64,000 bases of DNA from an uncultured bacterium (GTDB taxonomy: Bacteria > Actinomycetota > Coriobacteriia > Coriobacteriales > Coriobacteriaceae): positions 7,424-71,423 of the forward strand of contig CAJMRE010000003.1 in NCBI GenBank assembly GCA_905215755.1, in the 5' to 3' direction. The notes beneath the pieces were generated by a model, which saw only the letters and a list, made by a program, of their open reading frames with translations, was not told where the DNA came from and made no database searches. Positions 46,929 to 57,261 of this stretch are shown piece after piece. The position numbers and the translations under genes are program-made. Position 1 is the first letter of the stretch. Every line of letters starts with the position of its first letter.

Positions 46929-49228
46929 GTGCGACCGAGCGCGAGCATGTGATGCCATCGCGGCCCTTGATGCCGTGGACGATGGTACTTTGTGCCGGTT
47001 TGTGTGCGAGCTGTGGCTTGGTGCTTAACGTGGCAGCCGATGTGCTGCTGGGAGAGCGGGCAGCGCCCGTTATATTGCTTATGGCCATTCCCGTTGCGGC
47101 TGCGGCGTGCATCGTATTGGCTCGGTCCTGCATGCGTCTTGTGCGATGGAAGCGATGGCTGTATGCCGCGGCTCTCGGCCTCGTGGCGGGGGCGGTCGTG
47201 TCCGCTGGTTGGGCGATAGGGGCGCTGCGCGCTTCGAGGGCATTGGATAATCGGGCTGCGAGCAGTCTCGAATTTTATGTGCAGGGCGATCCGTCCATCA
47301 ATGACGGTTCGTACTCCTATACCTGCGATGCGTATGCGGGCGAAAAGCGCTTGGGTCAGGTACGGCTGTCGTGTGATCATGAACTCGACGCCGGTTCGCA
47401 TGTACGTGCTATCGGTCGAATTTCGCGGTTTGAGAATGATGCGTATGGGCGCTCACGCGTGCTTCGGGGCGAGCTTCGAAAGGTTAAAGTCGTCCGGTTG
47501 GTATCGGTCGACGAGGGTTCTCCGGGGCCGTTGCTTTGGCTTCGAAACGAGCTCCTTGCCCTTATCGCGCCCGCGACCGATCCAGCGCGCTCGCTTATTG
47601 CCGGCGTTGTCTGCGGACGCTCGGCCGAGCTGCGTGCCCTGCCGGCGGGCGATTGGTTTTCGGTAACGGGCACCGCACATCTTATCGCCGTTTCGGGCAG
47701 TCATCTTGCCATCGTGGGGTTTGTGATTGAGAGCGCCCTGCAAAAGACGCGTCTCTCTCGTGGGCTGCAGCGGGGGTTGCTGGTGCTGGCCCTCGCTGCC
47801 TATACCGTCTTTACGGGCGCCTCGCCCTCGGCCGTGCGCGCGTGCTGTATGGTGGCGGTGACGCTTGTCGCCAACGGCGCCGGACGTCGTCGGCATGGCC
47901 TCTCGGCTCTTTTTTTGACCATGGCAATTTTTGTGTTGCTGCGGCCGACGGTATTGTTCGAAATGGGTTTTCAGCTATCGTGCGCCAGTGTTTTTGCCAT
48001 CCTTTGTTTTTGCCCCTACGCCACCTACGCCTTGGGCGAGTTGGGTGTGCCATCGGGCGTCGCCAGTATTTTGTCTGTCACGCTGTGCTCGCAGCTGGCG
48101 ACACTTCCCGTTACGATTCCCGCATTTGAGACGTTTTCGCTCATTGCCCCGCTCGCAAATGCCGTGATCGGTCCGGTGATAAGCGTGCTGCTCGCTATAT
48201 CGATTGTGCTGGTGCCCTGCTCGCTTGTGCCGCTGTTGCGTCACGGGGCGCTCGTGGTGCCCATGATTGTCGCTCGCTGCGCCCTGTTCTTTGAGCAGCT
48301 CTTTGCTGCCGTTCCGGGCGCATCCGTAAGCGTGCCGCCCGGTACACCCTTGGTATACGTGGTGCCGTTTACGCTGACCGTCCTCTTGGTCTGGTGGCCA
48401 CGCCCCTGCGCACGGCCCATGGCAGTGGGGCTGTTGTGTTTGATGCTTGCAGCGGGTGTTCCGTATGTCTATTGGGATCGATGCGCACCGCCTTCGGTAA
48501 CGGTCCTCGATGTTGGCCAGGCCGATGCGATTCTGGTTCGTCAGGGTGGCACTGTGGCGCTCGTCGACTGTGGGCTCGATGAGCGCGTGGTGTCGGCGTT
48601 GGTTCGCAACAATGTCCACCATATCGATGCCGTCTTCGTGACGCATTGGGACGAAGACCATTGGGGTGGTCTTCCCGATGTGCTCGATCAGTTTTCGGTT
48701 GGAACCATTGCGGTCGCGGCCGATGCGCTAGAAGGCGCGCCTGCTGAGGTTCTGAATCGCCCCGGCGTTACGTATCGGCAGGTGGCCCGCGGAGACACGT
48801 TCGATATCGGCGCATTTCGGGCTCGTGTGATATGGCCGTTTGACACGGTGGATGGCGAGGGCAATGAGGACTCGCTTGTCTTGCTGCTCTCCTATGCTCA
48901 GGAAGGCAAGAGCCTGCGCGTGCTCCTCACCGGTGATGCCGAGCTCGATCAGGAGTGCGAGTTTGTGCAGGCGGTGGGCGATATCGATGTGCTCAAGCTG
49001 GGGCATCACGGCTCAAAAGTTTCCGTCGACACTGACCTACTGGAAACGCTTAAGCCCGAGCTCTCTATCGCGAGTGCGGGCGAGGGCAACCGCTACGGTC
49101 ATCCATCCGATGCCTGCATCGATGCCGTTCGCGATGCGGGTGGCGCGTTCGCATGCACCATCGAACAGGGAGATATCACTGTCTCGCCGACTGCAACCGG
49201 TTTTGCCATGCGATGTCAGCGACCTTGA
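46925..49228 (+). CDS. comEC: DNA internalisation channel ComEC/Rec2 with a C-terminal metallo-beta-lactamase domain
   Basis: Multi-TM competence domain (TGTAHLIAVSGSHLAIV) and an MBL domain (VLDVGQADAILV...THWDEDHWGG...GHHGS). ATGA overlap with the comEA stop. Confidence 0.88.
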   Translation: MSATEREHVMPSRPLMPWTMVLCAGLCASCGLVLNVAADVLLGERAAPVILLMAIPVAAAACIVLARSCMRLVRWKRWLYAAALGLVAGAVVSAGWAIGALRASRALDNRAASSLEFYVQGDPSINDGSYSYTCDAYAGEKRLGQVRLSCDHELDAGSHVRAIGRISRFENDAYGRSRVLRGELRKVKVVRLVSVDEGSPGPLLWLRNELLALIAPATDPARSLIAGVVCGRSAELRALPAGDWFSVTGTAHLIAVSGSHLAIVGFVIESALQKTRLSRGLQRGLLVLALAAYTVFTGASPSAVRACCMVAVTLVANGAGRRRHGLSALFLTMAIFVLLRPTVLFEMGFQLSCASVFAILCFCPYATYALGELGVPSGVASILSVTLCSQLATLPVTIPAFETFSLIAPLANAVIGPVISVLLAISIVLVPCSLVPLLRHGALVVPMIVARCALFFEQLFAAVPGASVSVPPGTPLVYVVPFTLTVLLVWWPRPCARPMAVGLLCLMLAAGVPYVYWDRCAPPSVTVLDVGQADAILVRQGGTVALVDCGLDERVVSALVRNNVHHIDAVFVTHWDEDHWGGLPDVLDQFSVGTIAVAADALEGAPAEVLNRPGVTYRQVARGDTFDIGAFRARVIWPFDTVDGEGNEDSLVLLLSYAQEGKSLRVLLTGDAELDQECEFVQAVGDIDVLKLGHHGSKVSVDTDLLETLKPELSIASAGEGNRYGHPSDACIDAVRDAGGAFACTIEQGDITVSPTATGFAMRCQRP

Positions 49229-49306
49229 TGCTGCCGTTGGCGTGGGACCAACCCGTGGGATAGAATGACACGGTACGAGCACGAGAGCCTGCGGGAGGGG
49301 AGCGCG

Positions 49307-50269
49307 ATGTCCGAAACCGGTCTTTTGCCGGCGTATCTGATCGTCGGTACCGACGGAGTCAAACGCGACCACGCCGTCTCGCGTATGAAGGCTCGTCTGG
49401 AAAAGACGGGCATGGTCGAGTTCAACCTCGACGAGCGCGATATGACCAAAGACCCCGATATCGAGTCGATTATCGGGTCGCTTAACACCTTTCCCATGGG
49501 CAGCGAGTTTCGCCTGGTAATCCTTGACGGCTGCTCAAAACTCGTCAAAGCGATCTCCGAGCCGCTTGTCGAGTATCTGGCGAGTCCCAGCCCCACGACG
49601 GTTTGCCTCATCATCGCCGATTCGCTTGCCAAGAACACGCGCCTGTACAAGGCAATCGCCAAGATTGACAAGAAGGCCGTGATCGACTGTTCGGGCACCA
49701 AGCGCTGGGAGCTCCCGCGCCGCGTGCAGCAGATGGCGACGCAGCACGGAAAGTCCATCTCGACGGCGGCCGCCGAGGAGCTCGTTTCGCGCTCGGGTGA
49801 GAACACCCGCATGCTCGATAACGACTTGGCCAAGCTTGCCCAGATGGTCGAGGCGCCGCAAATTGAGCTTGCCGATGTGGAACGCTGGATCGTGCGCACG
49901 GCCGAAGTCCAGCCCTGGGATTTTCTCAACGCGGTCTCGGCTCGTGATATGCGCCGCTCGCTTGAGCTCTTTGGGCTGTTACCCACCAAGAGCTATGTGT
50001 GGACCTACACGCTGCTGTGCGGACGCATTCGCGAGCTTATCGTCGCCAAGGCACTCGATGCGCGTGGACAGGGCCGCGAGCTTGCCGCGACGCTCAAGCT
50101 CCAGTCCTGGCAGGTCAAGAATCACCTGACCTGGGCACGTCGCTTTTCGATGGCAGAGCTCGTTGCCGCGCTCGAGGGCGCGGTCGATGTGGAGCTCGCA
50201 CTGAAGGGTTCGGCCGATTCTCAGACCGCGCTTTTGCTCTGGATTACGAACATCTTGAGAAAATCGTGA
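49307..50269 (+). CDS. holA: DNA polymerase III delta subunit
   Basis: About 320 aa with an AAA+-like delta N-domain (YLIVGTD..., FRLVILD). Conserved comEC-holA linkage. GGGAGGGGAG RBS. Confidence 0.82.
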   Translation: MSETGLLPAYLIVGTDGVKRDHAVSRMKARLEKTGMVEFNLDERDMTKDPDIESIIGSLNTFPMGSEFRLVILDGCSKLVKAISEPLVEYLASPSPTTVCLIIADSLAKNTRLYKAIAKIDKKAVIDCSGTKRWELPRRVQQMATQHGKSISTAAAEELVSRSGENTRMLDNDLAKLAQMVEAPQIELADVERWIVRTAEVQPWDFLNAVSARDMRRSLELFGLLPTKSYVWTYTLLCGRIRELIVAKALDARGQGRELAATLKLQSWQVKNHLTWARRFSMAELVAALEGAVDVELALKGSADSQTALLLWITNILRKS

Positions 50270-50318
50270 TGATACCTGCCTATTTGACAAATTCGTTCTA
50301 TCCCTTTGAGGGGGAGCG

Positions 50319-50327
50319 TGCTATAGT
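50319..50327 (+). promoter_or_regulatory. Extended -10 TGCTATAGT upstream of rpsT
   Basis: Read directly: gcgTGCTATAGTagg. Ends 75 nt upstream of the rpsT GTG. Confidence 0.45.
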
Positions 50328-50402
50328 AGGCGCTTGCATGACCTCACCGTGTCTCAGAGGTGTCATACATTTTTTGCAAGGAACTCGAAAGGAACTCCAG
50401 AA

Positions 50403-50669
50403 GTGGCAAACATCAAGTCTCAGAAGAAGCGTATCCGCACCAATGAGGCAGCTCGCATGCGTAACAAGGCTGTCAAGTCCGAGCTCAAGACGCTGACCAA
50501 GCACGTCCAGTCCGCCGTCGCCGAGGGCGACGCCGAGAAGGCCCAGGCTGCCCTCAAGACCGTCACCAAGCGTCTCGACATGGCTGCCGCCAAGCATGTT
50601 ATCCACAAGAACCAGGCTTCCAACCGCAAGTCCGGTCTTGCCAAGCTCGTGAACAGCATCAACGCCTAA
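50403..50669 (+). CDS. rpsT: 30S ribosomal protein S20
   Basis: (V)[25 protein letters not shown] from GTG 50403 is the canonical S20 N-terminus. The ORF track starts at 50334. Confidence 0.92.
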   Translation: MANIKSQKKRIRTNEAARMRNKAVKSELKTLTKHVQSAVAEGDAEKAQAALKTVTKRLDMAAAKHVIHKNQASNRKSGLAKLVNSINA

Positions 50670-50705
50670 GTTGTAAATTTCACACCACACAGATTACGCG
50701 CATAA

Positions 50706-50740
50706 ATGGAGCCTGTTTTATGGAACAGGCTCCATTTTTT
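50706..50740 (+). terminator. Rho-independent terminator after rpsT
   Basis: atggagcctgtt ttatgg aacaggctccat is a perfect 12-bp stem, followed by ttttt. Confidence 0.88.
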
Positions 50741-50752
50741 GTATCGCTCGGG

Positions 50753-50758
50753 TAAGAT
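50753..50758 (+). promoter_or_regulatory. Candidate -10 TAAGAT, 7 nt upstream of the lepA ATG; possible leaderless mRNA
   Basis: Read directly: gggTAAGATagtccgcATG. No Shine-Dalgarno sequence. Confidence 0.3.
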
Positions 50759-50765
50759 AGTCCGC

Positions 50766-52577
50766 ATGAATACTTCAATTGACATTTCCCACATCCGCAA
50801 CTTCTCAATTGTTGCGCACATCGACCATGGCAAGTCCACGATCAGTGACCGTATCCTCGAGCTCACCCATACCGTCGACGAGCGCGACATGGAGTCGCAG
50901 CTGCTCGACACCATGGATATCGAGCGCGAGCGCGGCATCACGATCAAGTCCAACGCCGTCCGCGTGTCCTATGACGCCGACGACGGCGAGACGTATCAGT
51001 TCAACCTCATCGATACGCCGGGCCACGTGGACTTTACCTATGAGGTCTCGCGTTCGCTGGCCGCCTGCGAGGGCGCGGTGCTCGTCGTCGATGCCACCCA
51101 GGGTGTCGAGGCGCAGACCGTCTCCAATGCGACGCTCGCCATGAACGCCAATCTGGACATTGTGCCGGCCATCAACAAGATCGACCTGCCCTCGGCTCAT
51201 CCCGACGAGGTTAAGACCGAGATCGAGGATGACCTGGCGATTCCTGCCGATGATGCCGTGTGTGTCTCGGGCAAGACCGGCGAGGGCATCCACGATCTGC
51301 TGGAGTCCATTGTCTTTTTGATCTCTCCGCCCAAGGGCGATGCGAACGCGCCGCTCAAGGCACTCATCCTGGATTCGTACTTCGACGAGTATCGTGGCGT
51401 CGTCGCCACGGTGCGCATCTTTGACGGCTCCATCAAAAAGGGCGATACCCTGCGCATGATGCAGGCAAAGGGCGACTTTTTGGTCGATGGCGTGGGCGTC
51501 AAGCGTCCCGCCGAGACCCCGGTCGATGCGCTGACGGTCGGCGAGGTGGGCTACGTGGTCACGGGCCTGAAGGACCCCGAGGCCGTTCGCGTGGGCGATA
51601 CCCTCACGTGGGCGTCGAATCCCTGCCCCGAGCCGCTTCCCGGTTACCGCGAGGCCAAGCCCATGGTCTATACGGGCCTGTTCCCGATCGATAACAAGGA
51701 CTACGAGAACCTGCGTGACGCGCTCGATAAGCTGCACGTCAACGACCCGTCGTTGGTGTGGGAGCCCGAGACCTCGGTGGCGCTCGGCTTTGGCTTCCGC
51801 GTGGGCTTCTTGGGCCTGCTGCACATGGAAGTCGTCAAGGAACGCCTGGAGCGCGAGTTCAATCTTGACCTCATTGCCACGAGTCCATCGGTCGACTATC
51901 ACGTCTATAAGACTGACGGCGAGATGATTGATGTCCGCAGCCCGCAGGATCTGCCCGAGGCTACGCGCATCGAGCGCATTGAGGAGCCCTACCTCAAGGC
52001 CAAGATTATCTGCCCGCCCGAGTATACGGGTGCCGTCATGCAGCTCGCTATCGAGCACCGCGGCATTACTACCGACATGATCCATCTCACGAGCAAGTCG
52101 GTCGAGATGCGCTTCGATATGCCGCTTGCCGAGCTCATCTTGGATTTCTTTGACCAGCTCAAGAGCCGAACCAAGGGCTATGCCTCGCTCGACTACGAGT
52201 TCAACGAGTATCGTCCCTCCGAGCTCGTGAAGCTCGATATCTTGCTTTCGGGCGACGAGGTGGACGCGCTGTCGTTTATCGTCCACAAGGACAAGGCCTA
52301 CGGTCTTGCCCGCGGTCTATGCGACAAGCTCAAGGAAATCATTCCGCGTCAGCTGTTCGAGGTTCCCATCCAGGGTGCTATCGGCAACAAGATCATTGCC
52401 CGCTCCACCGTCAAGGCGCGTCGCAAGGACGTGCTTGCCAAGTGCTACGGCGGCGATATCTCGCGTAAGCGCAAACTGCTCGAGAAGCAGAAAGAGGGCA
52501 AGAAACGCATGAAAGCCATCGGCTCGGTCGAGGTCCCGCAGGAGGCCTTTATGGCGATTCTCAAGGTGGACGAGTAG
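50766..52577 (+). CDS. lepA: Elongation factor 4 (LepA)
   Basis: [28 protein letters not shown] and NKID, plus the LepA-specific C-terminal domain. The ORF-track start 50706 lies inside the rpsT terminator. Confidence 0.95.
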   Translation: MNTSIDISHIRNFSIVAHIDHGKSTISDRILELTHTVDERDMESQLLDTMDIERERGITIKSNAVRVSYDADDGETYQFNLIDTPGHVDFTYEVSRSLAACEGAVLVVDATQGVEAQTVSNATLAMNANLDIVPAINKIDLPSAHPDEVKTEIEDDLAIPADDAVCVSGKTGEGIHDLLESIVFLISPPKGDANAPLKALILDSYFDEYRGVVATVRIFDGSIKKGDTLRMMQAKGDFLVDGVGVKRPAETPVDALTVGEVGYVVTGLKDPEAVRVGDTLTWASNPCPEPLPGYREAKPMVYTGLFPIDNKDYENLRDALDKLHVNDPSLVWEPETSVALGFGFRVGFLGLLHMEVVKERLEREFNLDLIATSPSVDYHVYKTDGEMIDVRSPQDLPEATRIERIEEPYLKAKIICPPEYTGAVMQLAIEHRGITTDMIHLTSKSVEMRFDMPLAELILDFFDQLKSRTKGYASLDYEFNEYRPSELVKLDILLSGDEVDALSFIVHKDKAYGLARGLCDKLKEIIPRQLFEVPIQGAIGNKIIARSTVKARRKDVLAKCYGGDISRKRKLLEKQKEGKKRMKAIGSVEVPQEAFMAILKVDE

Positions 52578-52581
52578 GCCT

Positions 52582-53625
52582 ATGGCGCTTTCCGAATACA
52601 GCGAGCGGTTGCTGGGCGCCTATGCCGAGCAACCGTTCCTTATGGCTCCCATGGCGGGCGTGACCGACCCTGCCTACCGCATCATGTGCCGCCGCCGCGG
52701 TGCCAACCTTGCCTACAGCGAGATGGTGAGCGTGGCAGGCCTTGCCTATGCCAGCAACAAAACGTGGCGCCTGGTGCTGCCGGCCGACGAGGAGCAGCAG
52801 ATTTGCGTGCAGCTCTTTGGCTCCAAGCCCGAGCAGTTTGCGAGCGCCGTCGCCGCCGTCGAGGATCGTGTGGGCGATCGTCTGTCGCTCATCGATATCA
52901 ATATGGCATGCCCCGCCCGCAAGGTCGTTACCAAGGGCGAGGGCTCGGCGCTTATGCGCACACCCGATCTGGCCGAGAAGATTGTTGAGGCAGCTGTGGG
53001 CGCGGCTCATGTTCCCGTGACCGTGAAGATCCGCAAGGGTTTTTATGCCGAGGACCGCAACGCCGCAACGTTTGCCCAGATGCTCGAAGGGGCGGGCGCC
53101 TCCGCAGTTGCCGTGCACGGTCGTTGTGCCACGCAGCTCTATACGGGGCAGGCCGATTGGTCTGTCGTCGATGAGGTCGCAGATGCCGTCGAGATTCCCG
53201 TGATTGGTTCGGGCGATGTGTTCTGCGCCGAGGATGCCGCGGAGCATCTGCGCAGTTCTGGTGCCAGCGCGGTGTTTATCGCGCGCGGCATCTATGGTAA
53301 TCCCTGGGTGTTCGGCGATGCTCGCGCCCTTGCACTCGATGGCATACCGGTGCCGGCACGCAGCTCCGTCGAGCGCCTGGACGCCCTGCGTGAGCACCTT
53401 ACGCTGACGCATGAACTCTTACCGCTCATGTCGCGTGCCCGCACGTACGCAAGCTGGTACTTAAAAGGCATGCCCCATGCCGCCGCTTGGCGTGCCCATG
53501 TGGTGCGCTGTTCCACTTACGAGGAGTTTATGGCGCTGGTCGATGAGATCGAGCGCGATGTGGTGGCCTGCGAGGCCGCCCTTGCCGCTGGCAAGTCGGT
53601 GCCTGCTCATCCGCTGGGGGCCTAA
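52582..53625 (+). CDS. dus: tRNA-dihydrouridine synthase
   Basis: FLMAPMAGVTDPAYR, IDINMACPARKV and VTVKIRKG. Confidence 0.88.
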   Translation: MALSEYSERLLGAYAEQPFLMAPMAGVTDPAYRIMCRRRGANLAYSEMVSVAGLAYASNKTWRLVLPADEEQQICVQLFGSKPEQFASAVAAVEDRVGDRLSLIDINMACPARKVVTKGEGSALMRTPDLAEKIVEAAVGAAHVPVTVKIRKGFYAEDRNAATFAQMLEGAGASAVAVHGRCATQLYTGQADWSVVDEVADAVEIPVIGSGDVFCAEDAAEHLRSSGASAVFIARGIYGNPWVFGDARALALDGIPVPARSSVERLDALREHLTLTHELLPLMSRARTYASWYLKGMPHAAAWRAHVVRCSTYEEFMALVDEIERDVVACEAALAAGKSVPAHPLGA

Positions 53626-53627
53626 TA

Positions 53628-54860
53628 GTGGCCGTTACCGCGCTGTACGTGCACGTGCCGTTTTGCGCCCAAAAGTGCCGGTACTGCGACTTTGACTCGC
53701 GCAGTTTTGCTCCGTGCGACCTGAGCGCTGCGCTCGATGCCTATTTTGAGCAGTTGTTCGCGCGCCTCGATGCTTTTGGCAAAGCTGGGGCCTTTGACCA
53801 GATCCGCACCGTCTATGTTGGCGGCGGTACGCCGTCGCTGGCGGGGGAGCGCTTGGTGGAGCTGGCGCGGCGTATTCGTGCGTCGTGTGCCCCCGTTGAG
53901 TTTACCTGCGAGGCCAATCCCGAATCGCTGACCGCCGAGCTTGCCGCTGCGCTTGCCAAGGTTGGTGTCACACGCATTTCTCTGGGCGTGCAAACGCTCG
54001 ATAACGCCGAACTTACCGCCATCGGCCGCATTCACGATGCCGATCGGGCGCTCGCTGCCATCACGACGGTTAAGGACGCTGGGCTCGATGTGTCGTGTGA
54101 CCTGATGTGTGGCCTTCCCGGGCAGACCGCCGTAAGCTGGCAGCGCACGCTCGATGGCGTGCTGGCGGCGGCTCCGCATCATGTGTCGGTCTACCCGCTC
54201 ACGCTCGAGGAGGGGACGCCCCTTTATCGCATGGCGTGCCGTGACGAGTCGCTCGAGCCTGATGAGGATTTTCAGGCCGCATGCATGGACGTGGCACGCG
54301 AGCTCCTGGGTGCCGCCGGCTATCACCCGTATGAGGTGGCGAGCTACGCGCTCGACGGCCATGAGTGCGCCCATAACATTGCCTACTGGACCGGACGGGG
54401 CTACCTGGGCCTGGGTCGTTCTGCCGCGGGCATGCTCGACGCCGAGGATTTCGACCGTCTTGCAGGTTTGTTCCCCGGTGTATCTTCTCGAGGCGATGCG
54501 TACCGCGTGCGTCTGGTGCAACGTGACGATGACGCGACGGCGTTCGAGGCCGAATATCTCTCGCAGCGCGAGGCTGCGGCCGAAGACCTGATGCTTGCTT
54601 GTCGCATGACGCGCGGTGTCGCGTCCGACCTGTTGGTTCGCGCGGCTCGTGTCATCCCGGCCGATGGGCTGACAGCCGCTTGCGATCGCGCGCTCGAATT
54701 AGGTCTTGCCACTTGGGTGCCCGAGACGCTCGGGGTCCATGAGGGACCCTTCACTTCGGCAGATGTCGTCGCGGGCCATGTTCGAGCTCGTTTAGCACCG
54801 ACACACCTGGGCTGGCTCGATGGAAATGTTCTGTTCGAGCTGTTTTGGGATCTAGCTTAG
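53628..54860 (+). CDS. hemW: Radical SAM haem chaperone HemW (HemN-like, oxygen-independent coproporphyrinogen oxidase family)
   Basis: LYVHVPFCAQKCRYCDF (CxxxCxxC), GGGTPS and the HemN C-terminal domain. lepA...hemW linkage. Confidence 0.87.
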   Translation: MAVTALYVHVPFCAQKCRYCDFDSRSFAPCDLSAALDAYFEQLFARLDAFGKAGAFDQIRTVYVGGGTPSLAGERLVELARRIRASCAPVEFTCEANPESLTAELAAALAKVGVTRISLGVQTLDNAELTAIGRIHDADRALAAITTVKDAGLDVSCDLMCGLPGQTAVSWQRTLDGVLAAAPHHVSVYPLTLEEGTPLYRMACRDESLEPDEDFQAACMDVARELLGAAGYHPYEVASYALDGHECAHNIAYWTGRGYLGLGRSAAGMLDAEDFDRLAGLFPGVSSRGDAYRVRLVQRDDDATAFEAEYLSQREAAAEDLMLACRMTRGVASDLLVRAARVIPADGLTAACDRALELGLATWVPETLGVHEGPFTSADVVAGHVRARLAPTHLGWLDGNVLFELFWDLA

Positions 54861-54918
54861 GCCGCTCGGGTAGAATTACCGGAATATATACGCTGCTGTG
54901 AGCAGGAGGTTGCCGCGC

Positions 54919-56022
54919 ATGGCGACGATGAACGAAAAAGATTATTACGAGATTCTGGGTGTCTCCAAGGACGCTACCTCGCGTGATATACAGAAGGCCT
55001 TCCAGCAAAAGGCCCGCAAGCTCCATCCGGACGTCAACAAAGAGCCGGATGCCGAGGAAAAGTTTAAAGAGGTTTCCGAGGCCTACGCCGTGCTTTCGGA
55101 TGAGCAAAAACGTGCGCGCTACGACGCCATGCGTTCTAGCAATCCCTTTGCCGGTGCTCCTACAGCTTCGCCCTATGGTGGCGGCTACGCCGGCAACACG
55201 GGCTATGGCAATCCCTTTGAGGGCGGCTTTCCCTTTGGTGGCGCCTGGGGCCAGCAGCGTCGCGGCCAGGCTGCCTACAATCCCGAGAACGGCGCCAACG
55301 TGGTCGTCGATATCAAACTGGACGCCAAGGAGGCCAAGGGCGGTGCCCGCAAGACCGTCCGCTATACGCGCTTCGATACCTGTGGTCACTGCGGCGGCTC
55401 GGGTTCTGTCTCCTCCGAGCATGCCCATACCTGCCCAAGCTGTGGCGGCCGCGGCCACATCGACGTCGACCTGTCCTTCCTGTTTGGTGCGGGCACGTTC
55501 CAGTCGGTCTGCCCCGAGTGCGGCGGTTCCGGTAAGGTCGTGGCAGACCCCTGCCCTGATTGCGGTGGCAGCGGTCGTACTCGCGTAACCTCCGAGCAGA
55601 CGATTGAGTTTCCTGCCGGCACGCACGATGGCGACGAGGTCCGCATTAGCGGCATGGGTCATGCTGGCACCAACGGTGCCGCGGGCGGCGACCTGGTGGG
55701 CCGCGCCCATGTTGAGGCCGAGCGCTTGGAAGGCAAAGCTCGTACCGGTTTTTACCTGATGGGCATCGTGGCGCCGTTTTTGGTACTCTCGGCCATCTCG
55801 GGCGTGTTCTCTGCCTTTGCCGTGATGTGCTTTATTCCGTTTACCATGGGCCTGTTCATGGTGCTTTCGGACGGCGTGCTTCATCGCAGCTTGCTGTGGT
55901 GGAAGCGCGGTGCGATGCAGTTTGCCAACGGTTTTGCCAACGGCTTCATGTTCGCGCTCGTGTCGGTTTGGTTCGCGAGCTGCTCGCAACGGGCCATGCT
56001 TTCGCCGTACCAAATGCAATAA
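54919..56022 (+). CDS. DnaJ paralogue: J domain, G/F region and 4x CxxCxGxG zinc finger, with a C-terminal multi-pass membrane anchor replacing CTD-II
   Basis: [13 protein letters not shown]...KLHPDVNK (HPD). [24 protein letters not shown] and CPDCGGSG. Hydrophobic segments follow: [40 protein letters not shown] and [28 protein letters not shown]. Confidence 0.8.
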   Translation: MATMNEKDYYEILGVSKDATSRDIQKAFQQKARKLHPDVNKEPDAEEKFKEVSEAYAVLSDEQKRARYDAMRSSNPFAGAPTASPYGGGYAGNTGYGNPFEGGFPFGGAWGQQRRGQAAYNPENGANVVVDIKLDAKEAKGGARKTVRYTRFDTCGHCGGSGSVSSEHAHTCPSCGGRGHIDVDLSFLFGAGTFQSVCPECGGSGKVVADPCPDCGGSGRTRVTSEQTIEFPAGTHDGDEVRISGMGHAGTNGAAGGDLVGRAHVEAERLEGKARTGFYLMGIVAPFLVLSAISGVFSAFAVMCFIPFTMGLFMVLSDGVLHRSLLWWKRGAMQFANGFANGFMFALVSVWFASCSQRAMLSPYQMQ

Positions 56023-56103
56023 CATCAAACCCTCTGTTTGCGGCCGGCCTTGCTTGGGTATAGGACGCACTGTGACAATAATGAAAGTCGGAAGGATTCG
56101 GTC

Positions 56104-57252
56104 GTGTCGGAAAATAGGGATTACTACGAGGTACTTGGCGTCGACAGGGATGCCGACGCGCGGACGATTAAGCGCGCGTTTCTAAAGAAGGCCCGTACCG
56201 TACACCCGGACGTTTCGGACGACCCCGAGGCCGAGGCCAAGTTTAAAGAGCTTAACGAGGCATATTCCGTTCTTTCCGATGAGCAGAAGCGTGCTAACTA
56301 CGACCGTTACGGCACTGCCGACGGCCCTGGTGGTTCAGGCTACGTCGATATCAACGATATCTTTGGTGGCATGGGCATGGACGACTTGTTCTCGTCGTTC
56401 TTTGGCGGCGGTGCCGGCGGTGGCGCCCGCAGCCGTCGCGAGCGCCGCCGGGGTCGCGATATGGCCATCTCCCTTTCGGTGACGCTCGAGGAGGCGGCAC
56501 TCGGCTGCAAAAAGACGATCAGCTATGACCGCCTTGCTCCTTGCGAGGACTGCAATGGCACCGGTAGGGCAGAGGGCGCACAGGAAAAGCAGTGCGGCCG
56601 CTGCCACGGTACGGGCTATGTGACGACGGTCCAGCGTTCGTTCCTGGGCCAGGTTCAGTCTTCCTCGCCTTGCCCTGACTGCCATGGCGAGGGCACGGTT
56701 ATCGACCATCCCTGCGAGACCTGCGACGGTCAGGGCCGCACGCCTTCGCATGAAAAGATTGACATCGATATTCCCGCCGGCGTTTCGACCGGTCGCCAGC
56801 TGCGTGTGAGCGGCTTTGGCGAGGCCGGCCTTCGCGGCGAGCCTTCGGGCGACCTGATTGTCAACGTGCGCGTTGCCGACCATGAGCGCTTTAAGCGCAA
56901 CGGTGACGACCTGTACCTGGTGAGTGATATCTCGATTGCGCAGGCTGCGCTTGGCTGCGAGATCGAGGTCGAGGGCATTATGCCCGACGAGGTCGTTAAG
57001 GTGACGGTTCCCGCCGGCGCCCAGTACGGTGATACCGTGAGCGTCAATAATTACGGCATGCCGCGCATTGGCGGTGGCGGTTCGCGTGGCCGCCTGATCG
57101 TGCAACTGCGCGTGGTCGTTCCCACCAATCTTTCCAATAAGCAGCGCGAGCTGCTCCGTGCTTTTGCCGATGAGATGGGCGATGACGTCGCTTCCGGTAA
57201 GAAGTCGGTGACCGACCGTATCAAGAGTGCCCTCGACGATATCCTCGATTAA
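56104..57252 (+). CDS. dnaJ: Molecular chaperone DnaJ (canonical type I)
   Basis: DYYEVLGVDRDAD...HPD. CEDCNGTG, CGRCHGTG, CPDCHGEG and CETCDGQG. Full CTD I/II. GTG 56104 follows GGAAGGA. The ORF track starts at 56038. Confidence 0.92.
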   Translation: MSENRDYYEVLGVDRDADARTIKRAFLKKARTVHPDVSDDPEAEAKFKELNEAYSVLSDEQKRANYDRYGTADGPGGSGYVDINDIFGGMGMDDLFSSFFGGGAGGGARSRRERRRGRDMAISLSVTLEEAALGCKKTISYDRLAPCEDCNGTGRAEGAQEKQCGRCHGTGYVTTVQRSFLGQVQSSSPCPDCHGEGTVIDHPCETCDGQGRTPSHEKIDIDIPAGVSTGRQLRVSGFGEAGLRGEPSGDLIVNVRVADHERFKRNGDDLYLVSDISIAQAALGCEIEVEGIMPDEVVKVTVPAGAQYGDTVSVNNYGMPRIGGGGSRGRLIVQLRVVVPTNLSNKQRELLRAFADEMGDDVASGKKSVTDRIKSALDDILD

Positions 57253-57261
57253 GGAGCCCGC

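Noticed and set aside
50284-50289. A perfect TTGACA upstream of rpsT, considered as a -35 element.
   Set aside because: It lies 32 nt from the only good -10 (TATAGT at 50322-50327), and no -10 sits 16-18 nt downstream of it. The extended -10 call is preferred.
54792-54820. TTAGCAC, resembling the left half of a CIRCE (HrcA) operator, upstream of the two dnaJ genes.
   Set aside because: The right half (GGCTGGCTC) does not match GAGTGCTAA. The site lies inside the hemW coding sequence. No hrcA gene is present in the window.
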